A stretch of 64,000 nucleotides of DNA from Truepera sp. (GCA_965218435.1 CBDCKW010000009.1:608001-672000); one strand, 5' to 3'; numbered from the stretch's first letter, positions 30,357-40,960 are shown. Notes: generated by a model not told the origin, from the sequence alone. Numbers and translations: made by a program.

Positions 30357-31403
30357 ATGTCTTTGACCGACTTTAACCGCAAGACCGAACTGGCGACCGC
30401 TAGAGTAGAGTCTGACCGCCTTAAACCCAGCTCGAGCGACCCGGTGCTGGCGCGGCAGTGGATGGTCTTGGCTCGCAGCGAAGATGTCACAGACGCGCCT
30501 ATACGTGCCGAACTCCTCGGCGAAGCGGTGGTGCTGTGGCGCAATGAAACCGGCCTGCACGCCTTTCGTGACCTCTGCATCCACCGGGGCGCAGCTCTGT
30601 CCCTCGGACGCGTTGAGGGGAGCGAACTTGTCTGCCTATACCACGGTTGGCGGTACGGCGGGGACGGGGCCTGTACCCGGATTCCGGCGCAACCTGCCGA
30701 GGCTAAAGTGCCGACGAAGGCCAGGGCGCTCGTGTATGCGTGTGAAGAGCGGTATGGATTGGTTTGGGTAGCACTAGAAGCTCCCGAAAACGACGTGCCG
30801 GAGTACCTCGAGACTACTGAACCCGGCTTCACCACCCTCAGCGTCGGCCCTTATAAGTTACAAGCCGAACCGCCTAGGGTTATCGAAAACTTTTTAGACG
30901 TCTCGCACCTGATGTGGGTACATGAAGGCTTGTTGGGCGTCCCTGACTACGCTGAAATCCCTGAGCACCACGTTCACCGCGTTAGCAACACGCTTAGAAG
31001 CGACCCAATAGACATCTTTCAACCCGACCCCGACGGACGCGGCAAGGCGCTCACGAACCGCTACGTCTACGAAGTCTTGGCCCCGACCACGGCCCGCTTC
31101 CGCAAAACCGACCCGGACACCGGCGAGGTCTTTTCGATGCTGTTGCACGCGACGCCGACCGCCGCAGGGGAGACGCTCGCTTACGCGCTGCTATCGCGCA
31201 ATTACGACCTGGACGCACCCGACGAGACGTATATAGATTTTCAAAACACGCTGATGGCGCAGGACAAACGCATTATCGAGTCGCAGCGACCGGAGAACTT
31301 GCCGTTAGATTTACAGGTGGAGCTGCACCTCAAGTCGGACAGGTTGGCGATTGCGTATCGGCGGTACCTGCATGAGTTGGGGGTAGCGCGGGGGACGGCG
31401 TAG
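30357..31403 (+). CDS. Rieske non-heme iron oxygenase, VanA/NdmA-like demethylase family
   Basis: CIHRG...CLYHGW Rieske site; ENFLDVSHLMWVH iron site; QDKRIIESQRP. Confidence 0.88.
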   Translation: MSLTDFNRKTELATARVESDRLKPSSSDPVLARQWMVLARSEDVTDAPIRAELLGEAVVLWRNETGLHAFRDLCIHRGAALSLGRVEGSELVCLYHGWRYGGDGACTRIPAQPAEAKVPTKARALVYACEERYGLVWVALEAPENDVPEYLETTEPGFTTLSVGPYKLQAEPPRVIENFLDVSHLMWVHEGLLGVPDYAEIPEHHVHRVSNTLRSDPIDIFQPDPDGRGKALTNRYVYEVLAPTTARFRKTDPDTGEVFSMLLHATPTAAGETLAYALLSRNYDLDAPDETYIDFQNTLMAQDKRIIESQRPENLPLDLQVELHLKSDRLAIAYRRYLHELGVARGTA

Positions 31404-31418
31404 GTGTAGACAGACGAT

Positions 31419-32588
31419 TTATGGCTGAGTGTTAGGGCGGTATAAGCGCCTTGTAATAACGAGGTAGGTTGCCAGAGCTATAGCTAAAATGATTGCGGGA
31501 AATGTAAAGGATATAAATCCAAACTTTTGAGCGGCTCCTCCTAAAAGAGGTGGCCCCGTAAACAAGCCGACCTCGAAAAATGCATAAAAAGTACCTCCGG
31601 CAGTTGCCCTTTCTGCTTCGCCAGCTCGTGCTACGGCCCAACTTAAAAGTCCCGGCATGGCTGCACCTGTACCCACTCCAAAGAAAAAAGGAGCGACAAA
31701 AAGAAACAAATCCGAGTGTGTGGTGCCGAGCAGAATTAGTGCCAGAGATGCGAGTGCAAGCCCCGGAACAACGACCCAACTTCTTCCTTTCTGTGTTGCA
31801 AGAGGCCCAGCCACAAACCTTACTAAAATGGAACCAAGTGCCGAGCAAGTCAGCAGCAAACCGACGTTCTCAACGCCTCTACCGGCAGCAAGCAGCGGAG
31901 CGAAAGCCGCAAATGACCCCGAGGCGACAGCTACCGCGCCGCCAAACAAACCAGGGACGAGAGCTGCAGGCACGTAAGGGCGATAGTTGGAAGTTGGGTT
32001 GACTGAGGATTGTGTACGCTCGAGGCGCGGAAGCAGAAAACCTGAAAGTGTAGCGACACTGCCTGCTGAAGCTGCGACCGGAAACGCCGGAGTAAAGCCG
32101 AAACGCTGGGTGACAAAAGCTGCGGCGACTGGCGCTAGCGTTGCCATTGTAGGGGTTGCTGCCGCCCACCAACCAAGCGCCTCATCGCGTTTAATGGGTG
32201 GTACGCTATAGCTAACATAAGCAAGCGATGCATTGGTGAAGATGCCTAGTCCAGCACCTTGCAGAAGCCGCAAAGCGATAAGTATGGGGAAGCTTTCAGT
32301 AACAGCCATTGCTGCCGAACCGACTGCCCAAGCTGCTGCGCCGCCCAACAAAAAGATGCGTCCGCCTGTTCGGTCAATGAGACGACCTGAGAGTAACCGG
32401 GCTACGATAGCTGCGGGAGCAGCTGCGCCAAAGACAAGTCCGATAGCTGAAGGGTCAAATCCTACGTTACGCATATAGAGCGGCAAGGTTAAAAGTAAAA
32501 AATCTACATTGAACCAAAAGGCGAAAGTTGCGGTGAGGTTGGTGATATAACCCCTTGACCACAAGGGTTGGTCGCTGTGTGGGCTCAT
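31419..32588 (-). CDS. MFS transporter
   Basis: About 12 TM segments, motif A GRLIDRTGGR; lower GC than flanks. Confidence 0.85.
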   Translation of the reverse strand: MSPHSDQPLWSRGYITNLTATFAFWFNVDFLLLTLPLYMRNVGFDPSAIGLVFGAAAPAAIVARLLSGRLIDRTGGRIFLLGGAAAWAVGSAAMAVTESFPILIALRLLQGAGLGIFTNASLAYVSYSVPPIKRDEALGWWAAATPTMATLAPVAAAFVTQRFGFTPAFPVAASAGSVATLSGFLLPRLERTQSSVNPTSNYRPYVPAALVPGLFGGAVAVASGSFAAFAPLLAAGRGVENVGLLLTCSALGSILVRFVAGPLATQKGRSWVVVPGLALASLALILLGTTHSDLFLFVAPFFFGVGTGAAMPGLLSWAVARAGEAERATAGGTFYAFFEVGLFTGPPLLGGAAQKFGFISFTFPAIILAIALATYLVITRRLYRPNTQP

Positions 32589-32742
32589 TTAGAGCCCCTT
32601 TCCGGTCCCGAAGACTATAAAATTTCAGGCGTAGCCCGATTTAGTGGTTCGTCTGCCAGCGTAACATCTCTACTGTGGTTGGCTCTCGGCGCACAGGTCT
32701 ACCGGAAGTGCTGCAGCCTTTTGTAAGGGTAAAATCTAGTTA

Positions 32743-33348
32743 ATGGACACCACAGCACTCCTCGAGGAAGTACAAACGATTGCCCGCAATGGCCTCAACT
32801 ATACGCAAAATGTCTACGACCGCGAGCGTTATGAGCGTCTGTTGGCGCTGAGCGTTCAAAGTTACAGCGAGCTGTTGGACTGTCCCACCAACGAGATTCA
32901 AACCAAACTCAGCCAAGAACTCGGCCATATCACCCCGAAGCTTGGCGGTGACGCCGCTATCTTTGATGATCAACGGCGTGTTTTGCTTATGGACCGCGCA
33001 GACGGCAGCGGTTGGTGTTTGCCGTGCGGTTGGGTCGAACCTAACGAGCGGCCTGCTGATACAGCCGTCAGAGAGACGAAAGAAGAGACGGGGCTCGAGG
33101 TCAAAGTGCGACGTCTAGTCGGTGTTTTTTCACGTCCTGCGAGCCAAACGACCGGCCTACACAGCATGAGCGCCATAGTCCATCTTTGTGACGTCGTAGG
33201 CGGAGAACTTACGCTATCTCATGAAGGTTTAGGGCTACGCTATTGGCACCTTGATGAAGTCCCCAAATGGGCTACCGATCATGAAAAGAAGGCCCGAGCC
33301 GCGTACACGATGTGGGTTTCTGAGAGCACTGTCGCTGTGTCCGACTGA
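32743..33348 (+). CDS. Nudix hydrolase with Nudix_N N-terminal domain
   Basis: IARNGL...YDRERY; Nudix box GWVEPNERPADTAVRETKEETG. Confidence 0.88.
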   Translation: MDTTALLEEVQTIARNGLNYTQNVYDRERYERLLALSVQSYSELLDCPTNEIQTKLSQELGHITPKLGGDAAIFDDQRRVLLMDRADGSGWCLPCGWVEPNERPADTAVRETKEETGLEVKVRRLVGVFSRPASQTTGLHSMSAIVHLCDVVGGELTLSHEGLGLRYWHLDEVPKWATDHEKKARAAYTMWVSESTVAVSD

Positions 33349-33389
33349 CTTTGTCTTACGAAGGCTGATCGTAACCGATAGAGTTACGC

Positions 33390-33872
33390 ATGGACGCAAA
33401 ACGTATCCTGCCGCTCGAGAGCGACGCCGACCTGATTGCAACCAACAATGTCTTTGCCGAAATTATCGCCGGAGACGCGCCTGCTTCGGTGGTTTACCGC
33501 GACGATTTAGTGATAACGTTTATGGACATCCAGCCAATCAATCAGGGGCACACACTCGTCGTGCCGCTGAGACTAGCCCGGTTTTTAGCTGAGCTAAGCG
33601 AGGCTGAAGCGGCGCGTATCTTCGTCGTGGGGCGGCAGGTGGCCCAGGCTATCCGCACCTCCGGCTTGCCGTGTACAGGCGTCTTTATGTTTTTGGCTGA
33701 CGGCGCTACGGCGGGGCAAGAGGTGCCTCACGTCCATCTCCACGTCGTGCCACGTTTTGCCGGAGATGAGCTGAGCTTTAACCTGCCGGAACGTTACTTC
33801 GGTGCTTTTCCGGCGCGTGAACAACTTGACCAAGATGCTGAAAGACTTCGAGCAGTTCTTGAAACGGATTAA
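33390..33872 (+). CDS. HIT family nucleotide hydrolase
   Basis: FMDIQPINQGHTLVVP, GQEVPHVHLHVVPR. Confidence 0.9.
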   Translation: MDAKRILPLESDADLIATNNVFAEIIAGDAPASVVYRDDLVITFMDIQPINQGHTLVVPLRLARFLAELSEAEAARIFVVGRQVAQAIRTSGLPCTGVFMFLADGATAGQEVPHVHLHVVPRFAGDELSFNLPERYFGAFPAREQLDQDAERLRAVLETD

Positions 33873-33884
33873 TCCAATTTGCCC

Positions 33885-34673
33885 TTACCTTGCCAGCCGC
33901 AAAATCCGCACCGCGCCCAGTGTGACGATAACAAAGACAACCGCGCCGATGATGAGGTCGGGGAGGCTCGAGCCCAGCCACAACACCAACACCCCGGCGA
34001 CGATAACGCCTAAGTTGATTAGCACATCGTTGCTGGTAAAAATCATGCTGGCCTGGATGTGCGCCTCACGGTCTTTTGAACGTTGCAACAAGTAGAGGCA
34101 CACCCCGTTTGCAATCAGCGCCAGCAGTGCGACAATAATCATGGTTCTAAAGTCAGGTAACGCTTCGGTTCCGATAAACCGGCGCACCACTTCGGTAAAG
34201 CCCAATACTGCCAGCACAATTTGAAAGTAGCCGCTCCACTTAGCGACGTTCTTTTTCCGGACGACCGCCTTGCCAATCGCAAATAGGCTTAGCCCGTATA
34301 CCAGTGCATCCGCCAGCATATCGAGCGAATCCGCTACTAACCCCATAGAGCCGGAGATAAAGCCGGTGGTCATCTCTAGCACGAAAAATGTGAAGTTAAT
34401 TAATAGGACGGCCCAGAGCAGGCGGCGCTGCTGCGTGTGTTCCGGCACGGCCCCATCAGTTTGCGCTGCTTCTAGCAGCTTTGCACCTAAGCCGAGCTGC
34501 GTGAGGGCGCTTTCGATTTCGCCCAACTGTCCTTTGTGATAGACCGCAACTTTACGGGCCGAGAGGTCGAACTCGAGCCCTTGCACGGCCCTAAGGCCAT
34601 CCAGCTTCAGCCGTACTAGGTTTTCTTCGGCGGCGCAGTCCATTTTAGGAACTTGGAAGAGCGACTTGTTCAC
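33885..34673 (-). CDS. Cation diffusion facilitator with N-terminal HMA-like domain
   Basis: MDCAAEE metal-binding motif; SMGLVADSLDMLAD; leaderless TATACT-7 nt-GTG. Confidence 0.85.
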   Translation of the reverse strand: MNKSLFQVPKMDCAAEENLVRLKLDGLRAVQGLEFDLSARKVAVYHKGQLGEIESALTQLGLGAKLLEAAQTDGAVPEHTQQRRLLWAVLLINFTFFVLEMTTGFISGSMGLVADSLDMLADALVYGLSLFAIGKAVVRKKNVAKWSGYFQIVLAVLGFTEVVRRFIGTEALPDFRTMIIVALLALIANGVCLYLLQRSKDREAHIQASMIFTSNDVLINLGVIVAGVLVLWLGSSLPDLIIGAVVFVIVTLGAVRILRLAR

Positions 34674-34830
34674 GAATAAAAGTATATGTTTACGAGCAGC
34701 CGATATATTTTAGCTGTGTGCCTATTGGCGGTATTTGAGTGAGTTGGGGGTGGAGCGGGGGACGGCATAGTTATCGAGTTGTCGGATACTATAGAAGCTC
34801 ATCGTATAGCAAGTTGTAAAGTAAAAAACG

Positions 34831-35799
34831 ATGAAGCCCAATAGTTCTATAGTCCAGCGATTAGCGTTCGCGAAGTACCTTTATGGTTTGGCCGTTGAGC
34901 AGTCGCAGCAGGCTGAACCTCTCTCTTCAGCCTCAATTCTTTATTTTCATGATTCAGTAGAACTTTACCTTCAAATTGCTTCAGAACATCTGAATGTAGG
35001 AGATAAATGTCCACTGATCATGAACTACTTTGATTTACTAAATCCAAAAGTATTGGAAGGTAAAGAGCTATCTCAAAAAGAAGCCGTAAGGCGGCTGGAT
35101 AAAGCTAGGGTTGCGCTCAAACATCATGGAACGCTTCCATCAAAGCTTGACATAGAGTCTTTTAGGGTTTCTGTAAGGAGTTTCTTTCTGGAAAATACTC
35201 CTTTACTGTTCGACTTGGAGTTCGCCGAAATAACGTTAGTGGAATTTGTAAATCCTGAAGAGGTCAGGGAAAACCTTCAAGAAGTAGAAAAATTAAGAGA
35301 GACAAGAGATTATCCTGAAGCATTAAAATTAGTTGCACTTTCTTTCAGGGTGCTTCTAGATGATTACAAAGATAGAAAAATAACTTATGGCATTTCTCCT
35401 CTCGACATAGGGATTCGACATCCTTTCAGCCCGTTTTCTAAACTGCAAGCTCATAGAGGTCAAACATCTTTACTTCCTTCCCAACTGAAGCCTATCGAGG
35501 AAGAATTTGCACAGGTGAAGCGAGAAGCAGAAAAGGCGTTCGATGAAATAGAGGAATCTATAGAGATTTTAGCTTTGGGAGTGGATTTCAAACGTTACTC
35601 CAGATTTAAGCTGCTTACTCCCAACCTTGTAAGAGGCATCAATAAAGACTACATATTTATTGCCAATCGTCTTGAGAAGCCTTCTATTGAGCAAGAAGAT
35701 ATAGACTTTTGTATAAACTTCGTTGTGGAGACTTCGTTAGTACTTCAAGAATTTGATTACGACGTACCGAAACCAATCAAATATGTGAATATATCGTAA
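34831..35799 (+). CDS. AT-rich hypothetical protein, candidate HEPN-like RNase
   Basis: 322 aa; FHDSVELYL and RVALKH (Rx4H) motifs; strongly AT-rich. Confidence 0.55.
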   Translation: MKPNSSIVQRLAFAKYLYGLAVEQSQQAEPLSSASILYFHDSVELYLQIASEHLNVGDKCPLIMNYFDLLNPKVLEGKELSQKEAVRRLDKARVALKHHGTLPSKLDIESFRVSVRSFFLENTPLLFDLEFAEITLVEFVNPEEVRENLQEVEKLRETRDYPEALKLVALSFRVLLDDYKDRKITYGISPLDIGIRHPFSPFSKLQAHRGQTSLLPSQLKPIEEEFAQVKREAEKAFDEIEESIEILALGVDFKRYSRFKLLTPNLVRGINKDYIFIANRLEKPSIEQEDIDFCINFVVETSLVLQEFDYDVPKPIKYVNIS

Positions 35800-35856
35800 G
35801 TCGGTTTCTCGTTAGTAGAGTCACTTTCAATGGCAGCTCAAGCAAAGTTCGTTGAT

Positions 35857-36786
35857 TTAACGTTCGCCCCGCGTATACGGCTCCCCAAGTGCCGCCGGTG
35901 CCCCCGCCCGCCTGCCCCCACGCCCAAGTGCAATCAAGGTCAGCGAAAGAATCGTCACCAGGTACGGCAACATCTGCAAAAACTCGGCAGGGAAGACGTT
36001 TTGTAACCGAAACGCCAGGTGAAAACACGCGCCGAAAATAAACGCCGCAAAAATGGCCCGCACGGGTCGCCACGCCGCAAAAATTACGATAGCGAGCGCA
36101 ATCCAGCCCATTCCAGCAGTCATGCCGTCCGTCCAGGTCGGGCGGTAGGCGAGCGACAAATAGGCCCCGGCAATCCCGGCCATCACGCCGCCAAAAGTGA
36201 CGCAGAGGTAACGCACTAAAAAGACGTTGATACCGAGCGCGTCGGTCGCTGCCGGAGACTCACCCGCCGAGCGGATGATGACGCCGACTTTGGTCATAAA
36301 AAGAACCACGCCGAGCAAAATAGCGACGACGAGGCCCGCGTAGGTCAGCAGGTACTGCTCAGAAAAGAGCGCAGGGCCGAGGATGGGCATCGCTGCAAGT
36401 CCGGGTACGGTCACGGTCTGCATCGGGTCGGCGAGCGGGATACCGACGTAGTTGCGCCCGACGAGCCCTGAGAGCCCGAGGCCGAAAATCGTCAGTGCAA
36501 GCCCGGAAACGTACTGATTGGCCCGCAAGGTCACTGAAAAGAACGCGTGCAAGAGTCCGGCAAGGCCGCCGACGGTTGCAGCTGCCGCGAGACCCAGCAG
36601 GGGTGAGCCGGTCGTCTGCGCGGCGATAAACCCCGACATCGCGCCTAAAATCATCATCCCTTCGACGCCTAGATTCACCACGCCGGAGCGTTCAGCGTAG
36701 ATTTCACCCAAAGCGGCCCATAACAGCGGCGTGCTAAAGGCCAAGGAGCGAGCGATGGTGGGAACGAGCCAGGACTCGAGGTCCAC
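35857..36786 (-). CDS. Nucleoside/purine ABC transporter permease 2
   Basis: ERSGVVNLGVEGMM, AGESPAATDALG, GMGWIALAIV. Confidence 0.9.
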   Translation of the reverse strand: MDLESWLVPTIARSLAFSTPLLWAALGEIYAERSGVVNLGVEGMMILGAMSGFIAAQTTGSPLLGLAAAATVGGLAGLLHAFFSVTLRANQYVSGLALTIFGLGLSGLVGRNYVGIPLADPMQTVTVPGLAAMPILGPALFSEQYLLTYAGLVVAILLGVVLFMTKVGVIIRSAGESPAATDALGINVFLVRYLCVTFGGVMAGIAGAYLSLAYRPTWTDGMTAGMGWIALAIVIFAAWRPVRAIFAAFIFGACFHLAFRLQNVFPAEFLQMLPYLVTILSLTLIALGRGGRRAGAPAALGEPYTRGER

Positions 36787-37907
36787 TAATCACTTCCTTC
36801 GGGCGCGGGTTGGGGCGCAGTAGCGACAACTGAGCGCGGTTCACGCCGCCAACGGTAGCGTAACAGTGGTTCAGTCCCAATCAGGCAAAACAAAATCAGG
36901 CCGCTCATTACGCCGGTGATTTCAGCGGGCATCCGGAGCGTGACCCGCACCACGTCGCCGGTTGCCGACACCCAGCCGAGCAGCAGCGCCGTGAGAATCA
37001 CTGCGAGCGGATTACCCCTCGCTAGCAGCGCCACGATAATCGCGGTGTAGCCGTAGCCGAGTGAAAGCTGACTCGGTTCGATCAGCCGGTGATGGAGTCC
37101 GGCGACCTCGCCGACGCCTGCCAGCCCCGCCGCGCCCGCTGCGACGAGAATCAGGAGCACCGTCGTCCGGGTAAAGTTGATACCCGCGTAACGTGCGGCT
37201 TTAGGGCTCTGACCGAGGATTTTCGTCTCAAAGCCGAGCGTTGTTTTGGAGAGTAAAAAGAGGACGGCGAAGGCCAGCACGACACCGAGCACCAGCGTCG
37301 GCCAGTGCAGCCGTGTTCCCGGAAGAACCGGGAGCCACGCCGCCGGGACAAACGTGTCAGAGATCGCCATGCCGCGCGTACTCAGACCTTTCCACGGGCC
37401 GTAAATCAGGTACTGCACGAGGTAAATCGCCACATAGTTGAGCATCAAGGTAGTGATAATTTCGCTCACGCCGAGTCGTACTTTGAGGAGCGCGGGCAAC
37501 AGACCCCACACTGCGCCGCCTAAAAAGCCAGCGAGAAACATCAGGATTAAAAGCCACGGTGCGCCGATGGGAACGAATAGGGCGACGCCCGACGCAGCCA
37601 TCGCACCTGCTAAAATCTGCCCTTCCGCGCCGATATTCCAGAACTGAGCGCGAAATGCTAAGACTAGTCCGACGCCTGCCAAAAGCAGCGGGATAGCTTT
37701 GCGTAAGACCTCAGCGAAGCCCCTGAAGTTCCCTAGCGTACTCGTTAAAATGTCACGGTAGGCCGTAACGGGGCTGTGACCATAGGCCCAAAAGATGAGG
37801 CCGGTAAGGAGTAGCGCGGCCAAAACTGCGCCGACCGAGACGAAAAAGACGAGCGCGGCTGAGGGATTGGGGCGGGGCTCGAGCCGCCACCCCCCGAGCT
37901 TAAACAT
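36786..37907 (-). CDS. Nucleoside/purine ABC transporter permease 1
   Basis: FWNIGAEGQ, EIITTLMLNY, AARYAGI, GYGYTAIIVALL. Confidence 0.9.
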   Translation of the reverse strand: MFKLGGWRLEPRPNPSAALVFFVSVGAVLAALLLTGLIFWAYGHSPVTAYRDILTSTLGNFRGFAEVLRKAIPLLLAGVGLVLAFRAQFWNIGAEGQILAGAMAASGVALFVPIGAPWLLILMFLAGFLGGAVWGLLPALLKVRLGVSEIITTLMLNYVAIYLVQYLIYGPWKGLSTRGMAISDTFVPAAWLPVLPGTRLHWPTLVLGVVLAFAVLFLLSKTTLGFETKILGQSPKAARYAGINFTRTTVLLILVAAGAAGLAGVGEVAGLHHRLIEPSQLSLGYGYTAIIVALLARGNPLAVILTALLLGWVSATGDVVRVTLRMPAEITGVMSGLILFCLIGTEPLLRYRWRREPRSVVATAPQPAPEGSD

Positions 37908-39495
37908 GTGCTACATCCTTTGTGTGTTCTTGGTTCGTAGGTTGAGGTATAGGGGGTTGCGCCGAACCCGCCATCATCAACCCGACCTGCTCGCGCTCGG
38001 CGCTTTCGGTATCAACAACGCCCATCACCTCACCGCCGAACAGCACCAAAATCCGGTGACTGAGCCGGAACAACTCTTCTAAATCTTCACTGAGGAGCAG
38101 CACCCCTGCGCCCCGGTCACGCTCATTCAGAAGCGCCTGATGCGTTGCTTCGGTTGCGCCGATGTCGAGGCCGTAGGTCGGGTGCGCCGCGACGACGAGC
38201 TTGACCTCACCGGTCGGGCGCTTCGAGAGTTCACGCGCCAAGATGAGCTTTTGGATATTGCCGCCTGAAAGCAGGCTCGTCCGCGTCTGTAGCGACGGGG
38301 TAGACACGTCGTAGGCACGTACCGACGCCTCAGCAAAGTGCCGCGCCGCGCCCGCGTCGAGGAGTCCGCCGCGCGAAAAGGGCGCGTACCGGTAGTGCCG
38401 TAAAGCCAAGTTTTCGTTGACTGAAAACCCCGGTACGGTGCCGGTGTCCCGCCGGTCTTCGGGGATATGGGCGACGCCGCGCTCAAAGTGTTCACGGACG
38501 CCTGCATGACCGAGGTGTTGACCCAAAAAGGTGATGCTGCCCACCGTCACGGGGCGGTGCCCGGTGACGACTTCGGCCAGCTCGAGCTGCCCGTTTCCGG
38601 CGACCCCGGCGACGCCTAAAATCTCACCTTCATGCAGGGTAAACGATACGTCTTTAAGCGCCTCGGTTTTGCGGTCGCTACGGGCAGAGACGTTGTTGAG
38701 CTCGAGCACCACCCCGGCCTTGACCGGCGGAGCCGGAATGCGTTCAAGCACCACGTCCCGCCCGACCATGAGCCGTGCCAACCGTTTGGCGTCGGCCTCA
38801 GCGCGGGACAAGGAGCCGACCACGGCCCCTTTACGCAAGACCGTGATGCGGTCGGCAACATCCAAAACCTCACCGAGTTTGTGGGTGATAAAGATAACGC
38901 CGTGCCCCTCACCTTTCATCCGCCGCACGACCTCAAAGAGCTTGTCGGCTTCGCCGGGGGTCAGGACGCCTGTAGGCTCGTCCAAAATCAAGATTTTGGC
39001 CTCACGCACGAGCGCCTTCATAATCTCGACGCGCTGCTGCTCGCCAGCTGAGAGCTCATAGATATACGCGTCCGGGTCAACCTCGAGCCCGTACTGCTTG
39101 CCCAACTCACGCAGCTTCGTTTTGAGGCGGCGCGTCGGCCGAAAAAAGGGCGTTCTCGGTAGGCCCAACGCGATATTTTCCGCGACCGTGTGCCGCTCGA
39201 CCAACATAAAATGCTGTGCGACGAGCCCAATTCCCTCGGCAATGGCGTCTTTCGGCGCGCGAAACCGTACCGGACGACCTGAACGAAGCAGCTTGCCCTC
39301 GTCCGGCGGGTAGAGGCCGTAGAGCATACTGATGAGCGTCGTTTTGCCTGCGCCGTTTTCACCCAAAAGCGCATGAACTTCGCCTGCCTGCAAGGTAAAT
39401 GACACATCACTGTTGGCAACGACCCCCGGAAACCGTTTGGTAATGCCCTGGGCGCTTAGGAGCGTCTTATCGTGTGTCGGGCTGGCTTCAGTCAT
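37900..39495 (-). CDS. Nucleoside/purine ABC transporter, double ATPase
   Basis: GENGAGKT, LDEPT, LSGGNIQK; leaderless TATAGT-5 nt-ATG at 39495. Confidence 0.92.
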   Translation of the reverse strand: MTEASPTHDKTLLSAQGITKRFPGVVANSDVSFTLQAGEVHALLGENGAGKTTLISMLYGLYPPDEGKLLRSGRPVRFRAPKDAIAEGIGLVAQHFMLVERHTVAENIALGLPRTPFFRPTRRLKTKLRELGKQYGLEVDPDAYIYELSAGEQQRVEIMKALVREAKILILDEPTGVLTPGEADKLFEVVRRMKGEGHGVIFITHKLGEVLDVADRITVLRKGAVVGSLSRAEADAKRLARLMVGRDVVLERIPAPPVKAGVVLELNNVSARSDRKTEALKDVSFTLHEGEILGVAGVAGNGQLELAEVVTGHRPVTVGSITFLGQHLGHAGVREHFERGVAHIPEDRRDTGTVPGFSVNENLALRHYRYAPFSRGGLLDAGAARHFAEASVRAYDVSTPSLQTRTSLLSGGNIQKLILARELSKRPTGEVKLVVAAHPTYGLDIGATEATHQALLNERDRGAGVLLLSEDLEELFRLSHRILVLFGGEVMGVVDTESAEREQVGLMMAGSAQPPIPQPTNQEHTKDVAHV

Positions 39496-39575
39496 ACGCA
39501 ACTATATGGGCCGGAGCGGAGCGCTGCAAGGTGTTACTTAGTAGCGGACGTCTCTGTACTGATCCAACCGTTTTG

Positions 39576-40565
39576 CTAGTTGGCTGACGGTTTGGCCTGC
39601 AAAGCGTTCAGCCAAGGTGCGACAGCTGCCAAAAACTTCTGCGGACACTCCTCTTGTGGGACGTGGCCACAATCTTGCAATACTTTAATGGTGGCACCGT
39701 CAATATCAGCGGCGGCTTTTTGGCTCTGCTCGACCGGGATAAGGTTGTCTTTCGCGCCGCTGACGACCAGCGTCGGCACTTTAAGCTCGCCGAGACGGGA
39801 GAAAAGATCGCCGGGTTTGTTAGCCTTGGTGATCTCCCAGAGCGCCCGGTCCCAACCATCAGCTTTGAGGGGACGGCGGTAGCCTGCGATGTCGGCCTCA
39901 GAAAGGCGACTCGGGTCGGCGTAGGTGCGGCGGAGCTGCTCGAGCCCCGCGTCTTCACCAAAAGGCCGCATCAGGTACGGCCCGATACGTCTACCTTGCG
40001 GCGTGTTGTAAAGGGCGCGAATCCACGCGGGCGGGCCACCACTTTGCAACGCCGGGTCAACCAAGATCAGCCCTGCGACCCGTTCGGGATAAGTAAGGGC
40101 AAGGTTGACAGCGACCGCGCCGCCCGCTGAATTGCCGACCAACACAGCTTTTTTGACGCCCAGCTCGTCGAGCAAACCGACGCTCAGCGCGACCTGCGCT
40201 TCGGGCGTGTAGGGATTTTGGACGCCACTTTCGCCGGGAGCGACAGCAGGACGCTCGCTCAGGCCGAAACCGGGCCGATCAAAGGCGATGACCCGCGCCT
40301 CTTTGCCCAGCGGCCCGGTCACCTTACGCCACGAGAAGACGCTCGAGCCGAAGTCGTGCAGCAAGAGCAGCGTCGGGGGTGCGCTGCCGGTCTCGGTATA
40401 ACGGAGGTTCACCCCGTCAACTTCGGCAAATTTGTCGCCGGGTTGAGCGAGGCTTTGGGGCGGGACGGTCTCGAGTTCAGGAACCGGATAGATGAGCGGC
40501 AAGATAGCGGCAGAAAGCAGGGCTACCACGAAAAAGATAACGGTTAAGCGGAGGCGAAAAGGCAT
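39576..40565 (-). CDS. Alpha/beta-fold hydrolase with N-terminal membrane anchor
   Basis: FDRPGFG, GNSAGG nucleophile, D and CGHVPQEE catalytic residues. Confidence 0.85.
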   Translation of the reverse strand: MPFRLRLTVIFFVVALLSAAILPLIYPVPELETVPPQSLAQPGDKFAEVDGVNLRYTETGSAPPTLLLLHDFGSSVFSWRKVTGPLGKEARVIAFDRPGFGLSERPAVAPGESGVQNPYTPEAQVALSVGLLDELGVKKAVLVGNSAGGAVAVNLALTYPERVAGLILVDPALQSGGPPAWIRALYNTPQGRRIGPYLMRPFGEDAGLEQLRRTYADPSRLSEADIAGYRRPLKADGWDRALWEITKANKPGDLFSRLGELKVPTLVVSGAKDNLIPVEQSQKAAADIDGATIKVLQDCGHVPQEECPQKFLAAVAPWLNALQAKPSAN

Positions 40566-40690
40566 ATGGGGTATTACACCACGCGCAGCTGAGAGGGCTT
40601 TGGGTCCGGCTTGCGCGGCGCGAGCTCGCCTCACACCTCGACAACCGTTTGAACAGCTTTTCGTATAGACATTTGTAGTACACTCAGGCT

Positions 40691-40960
40691 GTGGTCATTT
40701 TTGACTGGGACGAGGCAAATCTCGAGCATATCGAGAAGCACGGCTTTACAGCAGACGACGCCGAAGTTGCCATTCTGGATTCCAACCGTGTCTCGTCTTT
40801 TGCAAAACAGAGTGAAAACGGCGAAAAACGTTTTGGCATTGTTGGCAGGAGTGCGAGCGGCGCTATTCTCCATGTCGTCTTTGTTATCCGTAATGGTAGA
40901 GTACGCCCTTTTCATCTCCGCGAAGCGAACGCAGCGGAGAAACGGAGATACAGACGATGA
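40691..40960 (+). CDS. BrnT-like type II toxin
   Basis: FDWDEANLEHIEKHG...REANAAEKRRY; leaderless TACACT-6 nt-GTG. Confidence 0.8.
   Translation: MVIFDWDEANLEHIEKHGFTADDAEVAILDSNRVSSFAKQSENGEKRFGIVGRSASGAILHVVFVIRNGRVRPFHLREANAAEKRRYRR

Noticed and set aside
30150..35856. Intact mobile element or prophage
   Set aside because: No integrase, transposase, terminal repeats or phage genes seen here or elsewhere in the window
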